DNA of 64,000 nt from the sequence record MK327935.1; one strand, 5' to 3'. Positions 26,412-33,423 of the stretch are shown one piece after another. A model generated the notes under the pieces. That model saw only the letters and a list, made by a program, of their open reading frames with translations, was not told the DNA's origin and ran no database searches. The DNA comes from Escherichia phage vB_EcoM_G2494. The position numbers and the translations under genes were made by a program. Positions within the stretch are counted from its first letter, which is position 1. Each line of letters starts with the position of its first letter.

Positions 26412-26633
26412 TTATAGTTGATCAGCGATGTAAGCGTGACAAGCGCGGAGTTTCATTAATGCACTACCTTTCACTTCGCCTACGATGTTCATAACTTCTA
26501 AGCGGTCGGATGGATTCATCTTAGAGCACCAGATCTGGTTAGCCAATTCCAGTTTACTCATATTTGGTTCCATCTCAAACAGTTCACGCTCAAAGTCGAT
26601 AATTTCTTTTGCTGCGTCTTTAAAGTTAATCAT
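26412..26633 (-). CDS. hypothetical small protein
   Basis: ORF track 73 aa; promoter 26663-26691 upstream. Confidence 0.45.
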   Translation of the reverse strand: MINFKDAAKEIIDFERELFEMEPNMSKLELANQIWCSKMNPSDRLEVMNIVGEVKGSALMKLRACHAYIADQL

Positions 26634-26662
26634 TTTGATTCTCCCGTTTCGTTGATGTTTGT

Positions 26663-26691
26663 ATTGTAGGGGAGTTATCCTCCCCTGTCAA
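26663..26691 (-). promoter_or_regulatory. sigma70-like early promoter (TTGACA-17-TACAAT)
   Basis: Minus strand TTGACAggggaggataactccccTACAAT with hairpin ggggag...ctcccc. Confidence 0.5.
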
Positions 26692-26699
26692 CACTTTTA

Positions 26700-26885
26700 T
26701 CAGAAATATGCAATATAGTTTGCCAGTCCTACAGAGTCATCATTCGGCATTGCTTTTACTGCCAGTTCAAACCCTGCTTCAACTTTCTGTTTAGCGGATT
26801 CTTCGTTATAACCCCAGATTACCAGAATAGCTACTACGTTTTCTTTGCTTACTGCTTTCAGTGCTTTAGTGATGCGACGTGCCAT
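26700..26885 (-). CDS. hypothetical small protein
   Basis: ORF track 61 aa; promoter 26932-26960 upstream. Confidence 0.4.
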   Translation of the reverse strand: MARRITKALKAVSKENVVAILVIWGYNEESAKQKVEAGFELAVKAMPNDDSVGLANYIAYF

Positions 26886-26931
26886 AATTTGATTCTCCGT
26901 TTAAGAAAGTGTGTTTCGTTTCGATGGGTGT

Positions 26932-26960
26932 ATTATGCTATAGGCCGGATCTGGTGTCAA
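26932..26960 (-). promoter_or_regulatory. sigma70-like early promoter (TTGACA-17-CATAAT)
   Basis: Minus strand TTGACAccagatccggcctatagCATAAT. Confidence 0.55.
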
Positions 26961-26985
26961 CAACTTTTTTAAAAAATTTTAGGCA

Positions 26986-27012
26986 ATAAAAAAGCCACTC
27001 CGAAGAGTGGCT
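26986..27012 (-). terminator. rho-independent terminator
   Basis: Minus RNA agccacuc-uucg-gaguggcu followed by UUUUUUAUU. Confidence 0.55.
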
Positions 27013-27162
27013 TATAGGGAAGGTAGCGAATCTTCCTTGTCTCCAACCTGCTAGCGGCCTAGCAAGTGAATGCTTTAGCGTACCGGATCGCCCACATACG
27101 CTGTAATAAATGCGGCTAGGTGACGTCCAAATCATTCTAACCGCGCTGTCTTTAGTTCACTA

Positions 27163-27381
27163 TTATTTATATCGCTTTCTCTCGCGACGTTTTTGATCTT
27201 CTTCCTTGATAGAGTTAAATGCATCAAAAAGACACATGAAACTAATAATAAACATAACCGTATTTTCTATGATATCCCACGGCTTCGCATCAGTACAGAT
27301 CCCCCAAACGGTAAGAAATGCAAATAGTGCAGAAGAGATCACAAGCATGATACTTGCTAAGATATAAAAAGTCATTTTCAT
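27163..27381 (-). CDS. small hydrophobic membrane protein
   Basis: ORF track 72 aa. Confidence 0.35.
   Translation of the reverse strand: MKMTFYILASIMLVISSALFAFLTVWGICTDAKPWDIIENTVMFIISFMCLFDAFNSIKEEDQKRRERKRYK
27164..27171 (-). promoter_or_regulatory. T4 late-promoter-like box TATAAATA
   Basis: Minus strand TATAAATA overlapping the stop of ORF 27163-27381 and facing a ~150-nt ORF-free interval that ends at terminator 26986-27012. Confidence 0.35.
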
Positions 27382-27572
27382 GGTTTTACCTCAATTCTTC
27401 GATATTCATCACACATCCACGCAGTAAGCAAGAATCCCAACACATAAGCAACAAAATACGTTAATGCTTCTTCTGGTTCGGTGCTATGCGCCATCATCAG
27501 ACCAGCGAGAAAGGTCTTAACAATTACATTTAAAATAATTAGCCACGCAAATAATTTCATCGTTTGCCCCAT
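27378..27572 (-). CDS. small hydrophobic membrane protein
   Basis: ORF track 64 aa. Confidence 0.35.
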   Translation of the reverse strand: MGQTMKLFAWLIILNVIVKTFLAGLMMAHSTEPEEALTYFVAYVLGFLLTAWMCDEYRRIEVKP

Positions 27573-27796
27573 TTCGGTCGAGTCTTTTCAAACTTATACA
27601 TTCCGTAACAATCTCGAATCATCCACGTAACAAGAGCACCAGTCAACACAGACAATACACAGAAGAAGTAAAACGGTCCGGTTGCATTATCAACATGAGC
27701 AAGCCAGGTAAAGAAAACACATGCTAAGAATGTGAAGAACATCATAAAACACAAGAAAGCAAAATATTTTATGCTACTCATAGCGCCACCATACAA
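27557..27796 (-). CDS. small hydrophobic membrane protein
   Basis: ORF track 79 aa. Confidence 0.35.
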   Translation of the reverse strand: MYGGAMSSIKYFAFLCFMMFFTFLACVFFTWLAHVDNATGPFYFFCVLSVLTGALVTWMIRDCYGMYKFEKTRPKWGKR

Positions 27797-27884
27797 CAGA
27801 TCATAAGAAAACCCAACGCAATAAGAATTGCATCAAATTTAGTGAACTCCGGTCCACCTATCAACATCATTCGTTCTATTTCGT

Positions 27885-28127
27885 TCATAGCGTACAAAGC
27901 CATTTAAAAGCACCACATAAAGCGAGCAGAATACTAGGTATAAACGAGATCAAAACAAGGTTGCAAAAATCATCTAAGGTAACACCGGAATAGCTACCTA
28001 CTGTAACAACACCGATCATCAGACACAGAAAGAAAACAAATGCAATCAGAAACAAAGTATTACTAAACAGTTTAGTGATCATTAGACACCCCACGACGAT
28101 CAATTTCAAAAACTTTTTTATCATCAA
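27885..28127 (-). CDS. small hydrophobic membrane protein
   Basis: ORF track 80 aa. Confidence 0.35.
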   Translation of the reverse strand: MMIKKFLKLIVVGCLMITKLFSNTLFLIAFVFFLCLMIGVVTVGSYSGVTLDDFCNLVLISFIPSILLALCGAFKWLCTL

Positions 28128-28275
28128 CGAAGCATGTCACAACTGCCTCGTTGACTTCCGCAAATTGTTGTGTTACCCACTTAAGGTCAGAGCGAAACAA
28201 TGTTCTATTAATAACAAATGTTTTACCGCTCTTATCCTTACCCATAAATTTTGCTTTAACCATATCAAATTCCAT
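28072..28275 (-). CDS. hypothetical small protein
   Basis: ORF track 67 aa. Confidence 0.4.
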   Translation of the reverse strand: MEFDMVKAKFMGKDKSGKTFVINRTLFRSDLKWVTQQFAEVNEAVVTCFVDDKKVFEIDRRGVSNDH

Positions 28276-28474
28276 ATTATCACCTTATTTGCTAATCGCT
28301 AAACCCAATCCGAAGAGAGCACCCGATGCTACAGTATACCCGAAAGTTTCAAAGGCAGTAAAGATATCTAAGCCACCAGCTAACAGAGTTGCAGTAAACA
28401 GAGTACCAGCTACGAACATAAAAGTTTTACCGATGAATTTCATTTTGATTCTCCTTTCGTTTGTTTGTGGGGGT

Positions 28475-28503
28475 ATCTTACTACCCCCGTTTCATGTTGT
28501 CAA
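28475..28503 (-). promoter_or_regulatory. sigma70-like early promoter (TTGACA-17-TAAGAT) with embedded hairpin
   Basis: Minus strand TTGACAacatgaaacgggggtagTAAGAT; inverted repeat gggggta...taccccc. Confidence 0.55.
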
Positions 28504-28509
28504 CTATTT

Positions 28510-28884
28510 TTAAGAATATTTTACTTCGTCTACAATGTCTTTCATGACATTGATTTCCATTCCGGTCAGAACACGTTGGAACATGTGCTGCACATACGCT
28601 TTCAGGTATTCATTTGATGGCTTGCTATCGAAAGTCTTTTTAGTGTAGTAGTCATCACCGAAAGCTACTGTAATTACATTTTCGTCGTCGTTCCAAGCGA
28701 TATAAGCAAATTTGCCGTTATCCCAGAAGCGAGCACTAATTGCTACTTTTGTTGAATCGAATCCTACTTCGCTGTGAGATTCAAGAACTACTTGCGTACC
28801 AGTTTCTTTATGAATGTAGTAGCGGGATACTAAGTCAAAGTTACGGGTGTAGTGACATTCGAATTTATCTTTAAACATCATCAT
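28510..28884 (-). CDS. hypothetical protein
   Basis: ORF track 28510-28953; start refined to ATG at 28884 with AGGAGA SD, downstream of promoter 28922-28950. Confidence 0.5.
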   Translation of the reverse strand: MMMFKDKFECHYTRNFDLVSRYYIHKETGTQVVLESHSEVGFDSTKVAISARFWDNGKFAYIAWNDDENVITVAFGDDYYTKKTFDSKPSNEYLKAYVQHMFQRVLTGMEINVMKDIVDEVKYS

Positions 28885-28921
28885 TTTGATTCTCCTAAGT
28901 GTGTTTCGTTTCGATATGTGC

Positions 28922-28950
28922 ATTATGCTATAGTCGTTTATGGTTGTCAA
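28922..28950 (-). promoter_or_regulatory. sigma70-like early promoter (TTGACA-17-CATAAT)
   Basis: Minus strand TTGACAaccataaacgactatagCATAAT. Confidence 0.55.
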
Positions 28951-28951
28951 C

Positions 28952-28986
28952 ACCTAAAAACAAAAAACCCCGAAAAATTTTTCGGG
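28952..28986 (-). terminator. rho-independent terminator
   Basis: Palindromic hairpin ccccgaaaaatttttcgggg; minus RNA followed by UUUUUUGUUUUU. Confidence 0.55.
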
Positions 28987-28994
28987 GTATAGAA

Positions 28995-29465
28995 TTACAG
29001 TTTGGTCGTCCACTCCAGGTCTAGATCTTCGACATACTCATGAGATCGGACAATCTCTAAATCGAACTCTAGGTTAGTGCCAAATTTACGCGCACCAACA
29101 TCATAAGAAAGCGTGATATGCGGTACATATTCAGGATAATCCCACGTCGCACCTAAAGCAGTGCCGATATCGTGTCTGAATTGCATGTAGTCGCTTTCAA
29201 ATGCCAGCACAAGCGCATTAGTACCGGATTGAGTTTCAAACACTTTCAGATGGCATAGAGAGCCTAAGAACTTCTCCCCTTCTTCTGGGATAAACGGAAC
29301 ATAGACACGAGAATATAAGATAGTGCTATGCAGTTTATCACGAGGAACGGCATTAGGCAGATCGTAGAACTCCTGCAATTTTTCAATGCGGTCTAGTGTA
29401 TCCTCAGTGAATTTAACCGCCGCATATGTACCTTTAACGGATTCTCGAAACGGGGTCATAATCAA
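28995..29465 (-). CDS. 2H-phosphoesterase-fold protein at the T4 57B (Acb1) position
   Basis: 156 aa; two H-x-T/S-x motifs (LHSTIL and PHITLS); located immediately upstream of 57A and gene 1 as T4 57B is. Confidence 0.5.
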   Translation of the reverse strand: MIMTPFRESVKGTYAAVKFTEDTLDRIEKLQEFYDLPNAVPRDKLHSTILYSRVYVPFIPEEGEKFLGSLCHLKVFETQSGTNALVLAFESDYMQFRHDIGTALGATWDYPEYVPHITLSYDVGARKFGTNLEFDLEIVRSHEYVEDLDLEWTTKL

Positions 29466-29728
29466 GCCTCCGTGATCAGTTCTACTTCCTCTTTAGCGTC
29501 TTCCGCTGCTTCGTCTTTAGGGAGAAGTGCTTTCACTTCTTCGACAATAGCATCAAGGGAAACAGTCCCGTTTTCGTCTGGCTGAATACCCAGAATGCGT
29601 ACCAGTTCCATCAATACACGCTCACGATCTTTCAGTTGGCCTTCTAAGAATGCGGCCTTTTCTTGAGTGTCAAACAGACGTACTTTCAGGACATTAATCA
29701 TTTGTTCATGCTGATTGGACATATTCAC
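29462..29728 (-). CDS. 57A: tail-fibre assembly chaperone gp57A-like
   Basis: 88 aa; LKVRLFDTQEKAAFLEGQ resembles the T4 gp57A coiled-coil N-terminus; position next to gene 1. Confidence 0.6.
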   Translation of the reverse strand: MNMSNQHEQMINVLKVRLFDTQEKAAFLEGQLKDRERVLMELVRILGIQPDENGTVSLDAIVEEVKALLPKDEAAEDAKEEVELITEA

Positions 29729-29754
29729 ATCTCCTACTTGTTGATAACTTTTTA

Positions 29755-30411
29755 TTAAATGTTCGCGAGAATCGCGCTTTCAAATTCTTCTAATGTACCA
29801 TTATTTATGATAATGGTTTCACCGTCAATAGGCAAAATTCCTTTTTCGGTGGAGTGAGTCGATACAATACCAGTATCACGCTGAATATGCAACACCTTAG
29901 CACCCATAGAACGCACGAGAGCAATTTCAATAGGCTGACGCACATCAACCACTACAAAATAACCTTCTTCATTTTTGCGCTTCATAAACTCATTCACGAA
30001 GAGATTACACCAATAAAGCGGATTGATCAAGTTAACCATTATATCAGTACCGAGAGTGGTTAACATGAGACGAATAGACCAGACGTTATTATGTTTTTCG
30101 CCAATCTCATTAACGACCTTGTAAATCTCAGCCAGACGATCACAAGTAAAGGAACTACCGCCATACTTCGAATCTAGCATAAGCAGACACTGAATAAACC
30201 ACTTATGCGCGGTATAGGTATCAATACCTAGATCGGATTCTCTGTCACGCCCTAACCCGTCAAAGTCAAGATAAGTCAGACCTAAGTCTGGTTGACATTC
30301 GCACAATATTTCTTTGATCGGTGCTGCCAGTTGATAACTATGTCCATCAATGATTAACGCGGCAGTGTCTTTTCCTACTCGCTTTTTACCACAAAGTGCA
30401 ATCAATTTCAT
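29755..30411 (-). CDS. 1: deoxynucleoside monophosphate kinase
   Basis: 218 aa; P-loop MKLIALCGKKRVGKDT and overall resemblance to T4 gp1. Confidence 0.85.
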   Translation of the reverse strand: MKLIALCGKKRVGKDTAALIIDGHSYQLAAPIKEILCECQPDLGLTYLDFDGLGRDRESDLGIDTYTAHKWFIQCLLMLDSKYGGSSFTCDRLAEIYKVVNEIGEKHNNVWSIRLMLTTLGTDIMVNLINPLYWCNLFVNEFMKRKNEEGYFVVVDVRQPIEIALVRSMGAKVLHIQRDTGIVSTHSTEKGILPIDGETIIINNGTLEEFESAILANI

Positions 30412-30426
30412 TATATAAGCCTCTTA

Positions 30427-31017
30427 TTACTTTCTAAAAGCAGGGTGCATAGCTTTAATACCTTCCACCCTCTGACGATCCGCCGCCTGAATTGCTGGGC
30501 GAGGAACGATCAGTTGACCATCACGTTCAATGCTCATTGTTTTAAAGGGAAGAATTGCAGTACACACCAGAGATTCATGCATATCATCGGTGTATGTTAA
30601 CTCAAGTTCCCCCAATTGTGAACACCAACAACCATAAAAGTTAAAAGTGCACACAATGTTACGTCGTTCGTTGTCCATCATGTGAACTTGAACGGCTTCC
30701 GGCATTGAATCCTTCCACGCAGTGGAGTTACCGTTATTGTAGTCTACTATAGAAAGCATCCATGTGTAAAGGTTTAGATAACTTTCCAAATGCTCATCGA
30801 CAATAAACCGGACTACCAGCGGGTCAAACTCTACATGACTAGACGGATAATCAGCAACCGCCAAACCATATTGACCAGCAACTTGTTTAGTCGGTGGAAT
30901 GGTTATAGCAGGAAGTGTAACACCTTGAGCATTTAAAGTAAAGCCTTTTGTTAGTTGCCCATCTGGAATATTGATCTGCCAGTTGCTGGGGTTAGCATAG
31001 TTAAAGAGATTAGACAT
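30427..31017 (-). CDS. 3: tail tube terminator / tail completion protein
   Basis: 196 aa; T4 order 1-3-2-4. Confidence 0.65.
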   Translation of the reverse strand: MSNLFNYANPSNWQINIPDGQLTKGFTLNAQGVTLPAITIPPTKQVAGQYGLAVADYPSSHVEFDPLVVRFIVDEHLESYLNLYTWMLSIVDYNNGNSTAWKDSMPEAVQVHMMDNERRNIVCTFNFYGCWCSQLGELELTYTDDMHESLVCTAILPFKTMSIERDGQLIVPRPAIQAADRQRVEGIKAMHPAFRK

Positions 31018-31206
31018 TACTGATTCCTCAAATGAAAATATTTATTAACAATTGTCGCTTTGCGACGTGCCGTAGGCACTGACTACTTTTTAACCTAAAC
31101 AAATTTTTATTATTCTAAAGATCTTTCTTCGTTTTGGTTATGTTTTAACCAATAACTATATTTTTATACAGTAATAAATAAAACGGGTACTATACGAGGA
31201 CTTCTT

Positions 31207-31461
31207 ATGACAGAAGACATTTTGTTAAAACTCTATGATCGTTTGGACAACGAATTGGCAACATTGCGGGGTGAAGTTCTCTATTTGTCTAAATGCAATA
31301 CAGATCTGCTTAAGCAGATTGCAGAAAGGGATGATCAAATAAAATCCCTTTCAGGTGCATTACGTGATCGCGACAAGGCATTAGAGATTTTACAGCGTGT
31401 TACCAATAAGGAAGAATTAAAAGACTTCTTACATGGTTATGCTCATGCTATCGATCTATAA
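31207..31461 (+). CDS. hypothetical coiled-coil protein on opposite strand between genes 3 and 2
   Basis: ORF track 84 aa; GAGGA SD 7 nt upstream of ATG; preceded by a 189-bp intergenic region. Confidence 0.4.
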   Translation: MTEDILLKLYDRLDNELATLRGEVLYLSKCNTDLLKQIAERDDQIKSLSGALRDRDKALEILQRVTNKEELKDFLHGYAHAIDL

Positions 31462-31486
31462 TAAAAAAAGCCCGTCAATGACGGGC
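31462..31486 (-). terminator. rho-independent terminator downstream of gene 2
   Basis: Minus RNA gcccguc-auu-gacgggc followed by UUUUUUUAUU. Confidence 0.55.
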
Positions 31487-31492
31487 TTAATG

Positions 31493-32314
31493 TTATGCAT
31501 CCTTCCAAACTTTCCTTGCGTCGTATTTCTTGCCTTTTGACATAAACTGATATGTCGGCATATAGATAATATTGCTCCAGTCTTTCGGGCTAATCTCAAC
31601 AAGTTTTGTTTTAATGTGTCCCGGTAGATATGCTTTGATCATGTGATCACTTCCACGCATACCTTTTACATCGCTCCATTTGATTTTTAAGCGTGTTTTA
31701 TTGCTCAAGGTAGGAGTAGATGCATATTGCTTTAAAAGTGCTTCCAGAAACTGCTGACGGGCTTTAGGCGTTACATAGTGTAAGTTAAGACCCAGCATTA
31801 CAGTATTACCCGCCTTTGTCTTAGAATCACCCAGACAAATGATCAGCGGGAAAACATCCCAATATGGCAAAGTGTCTTTATACTTCGCATCATACATAAA
31901 GGTATAGATTCGCCCTACTTGCGGTTTTACAATCTGGTGTCCCTTTATTCCCGCTTTTATTGTTTTAGTAAACCACTCCTGTGATTTTTCTTTAGGACGA
32001 CTCTTTGATACAGCACGCATAGACGCACGAAAATCATTAATCATCATCATTGCGCGTTGCTGCTTATTGAGACCCTTTGCGCCTTTCCCTTTTAGTTTTT
32101 CAACTTCTATTGCTGTTTTAATTTCGCTGGCATAACGAGACATACTTTTAGTGAAAGTCGCATAGGCTATTCCCTTAGAATCTGCAAATGCTTTAGCTGT
32201 CATGCCTTTGGCTTTTGCTTTCGCAAATTCTACACCCAATTCGACCCACTGTTTAGACTTTCGTTTTTGGGGAGACGGCTTTTCGTCTTCTGTGATTATT
32301 TCAAATACGCTCAT
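31493..32314 (-). CDS. 2: DNA end protector protein
   Basis: 273 aa (T4 gp2 is 274 aa); synteny. Confidence 0.7.
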   Translation of the reverse strand: MSVFEIITEDEKPSPQKRKSKQWVELGVEFAKAKAKGMTAKAFADSKGIAYATFTKSMSRYASEIKTAIEVEKLKGKGAKGLNKQQRAMMMINDFRASMRAVSKSRPKEKSQEWFTKTIKAGIKGHQIVKPQVGRIYTFMYDAKYKDTLPYWDVFPLIICLGDSKTKAGNTVMLGLNLHYVTPKARQQFLEALLKQYASTPTLSNKTRLKIKWSDVKGMRGSDHMIKAYLPGHIKTKLVEISPKDWSNIIYMPTYQFMSKGKKYDARKVWKDA

Positions 32315-32325
32315 AATATTATCCT

Positions 32326-32802
32326 CTATTTGTTAAGCCCTTTAAAGCCAAACACTTTCTTTAATGCATGTTCGGTGATGATCTTAAACTCCATGTTATG
32401 CTTTTGACATAAATCAACCGCAGCTTTCCACTTTTCCGTGTTTACAGTATATGTGTAACACTCTTGCATATATCTTTGCTTAGTCTTAGTGGTTATTCTT
32501 TTTGGCCTTTCTGGTGGCCTTGTCTCTTTTGCTGGTTTTATTTCCCATAAATGCTCTTTACCATCATCAAACTTAACGTATATATCCATGTAGTAGCGCC
32601 TTTTTTTGTTATCGGCGCTGGACCAGTATGGAATCACTACGGTCTCTGACCCCCATTTAGCGACTCTAGGGTTACGGTCTAGCCACTTAAAAATGTGCAA
32701 CTCCCAGCTTGACCTATACGTTATTTTATGCAAGTTATTCCCTTTGTACTTCTCAGGATTTTCCGGTCTATACTTGCCCTTATAAGTGTTAGATCCTCCC
32801 AT
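32326..32802 (-). CDS. 4: head completion protein (nuclease-like fold)
   Basis: 158 aa; synteny; YRSSWELHIFKW...YYMDIYV...HLWEIKP motif block. Confidence 0.7.
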   Translation of the reverse strand: MGGSNTYKGKYRPENPEKYKGNNLHKITYRSSWELHIFKWLDRNPRVAKWGSETVVIPYWSSADNKKRRYYMDIYVKFDDGKEHLWEIKPAKETRPPERPKRITTKTKQRYMQECYTYTVNTEKWKAAVDLCQKHNMEFKIITEHALKKVFGFKGLNK

Positions 32803-32817
32803 TTTAGCACCCTTTAT

Positions 32818-32825
32818 TATAAATA
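32818..32825 (+). promoter_or_regulatory. T4 late promoter box TATAAATA (gene 53)
   Basis: TATAAATA about 32 nt upstream of gp53 ATG. Confidence 0.55.
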
Positions 32826-32857
32826 CATAATACTATTTATCAATTGAGGGTGCTAAA

Positions 32858-33412
32858 ATGCTCTTTTCTTTCTTCCCTGCCATTGAATACAACGGCAAGA
32901 TGATTACTGACATTGTGCGCAATTACCGCGCATATTTCAACGCAATAATTTCTGATTATAACATACAAACATATTACATTCAAGGTAGTCCACGACCGGA
33001 ACAAGTTGCATATGAAGTATACGGAAACCAACAACTTTATTGGATCTTGCTGATGCTTAATGACGTATACGATCCGTTCCATGACTGGATCACCGATCAA
33101 GAGACAGCATATGAATCAGCCGAACAGCGATATGCAAATGTAGGAGGAAATCAAGTATTATACCATGTTGATATTGACGGAAACAAGTATTGGAATCTTA
33201 CCGAATATCCGAAAGGATCAAGCAATTGGTATGATAAAGGGGATATTCATCACCGTTATTTGCAGTTTCAGGGTGCATTGTCGGCAGTAGACACACTGGA
33301 AGATGCGATCCTCCGCAATGAGGAACGACGCAAGATCAAGATCATAGATCCTACACAAATTAAACAATTTATTAACGCATTCATTCGAGAAATGGAAAAG
33401 GCTGATGTGTAA
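32858..33412 (+). CDS. 53: baseplate wedge protein gp53
   Basis: 184 aa; immediately upstream of gene 5 as in T4. Confidence 0.7.
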   Translation: MLFSFFPAIEYNGKMITDIVRNYRAYFNAIISDYNIQTYYIQGSPRPEQVAYEVYGNQQLYWILLMLNDVYDPFHDWITDQETAYESAEQRYANVGGNQVLYHVDIDGNKYWNLTEYPKGSSNWYDKGDIHHRYLQFQGALSAVDTLEDAILRNEERRKIKIIDPTQIKQFINAFIREMEKADV

Positions 33413-33423
33413 GGTGATTAATT

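Noticed and set aside
26938-27135. 65-aa minus-strand ORF in the 26886-27162 intergenic region
   Set aside because: It overlaps the terminator hairpin and promoter-adjacent leader, has no SD, and the region is better explained as non-coding.
16021-27160. tRNA genes in the larger intergenic gaps (16021-16250, 22286-22420, 26886-27162)
   Set aside because: I could not find a cloverleaf with acceptor stem, T-loop (GTTCRANYC-like) and CCA-compatible end by eye; left as candidate structured RNA pending covariance-model scanning.
1-32802. Gene order differing from T4 (nrdG/nrdD near gene 49, nrdC and dam) as a sign of mis-assembly
   Set aside because: Gene arrangements in this accessory region vary among T4-like phages; promoters, terminators and reading frames are internally coherent, so a rearranged but genuine lineage-specific order is more likely.
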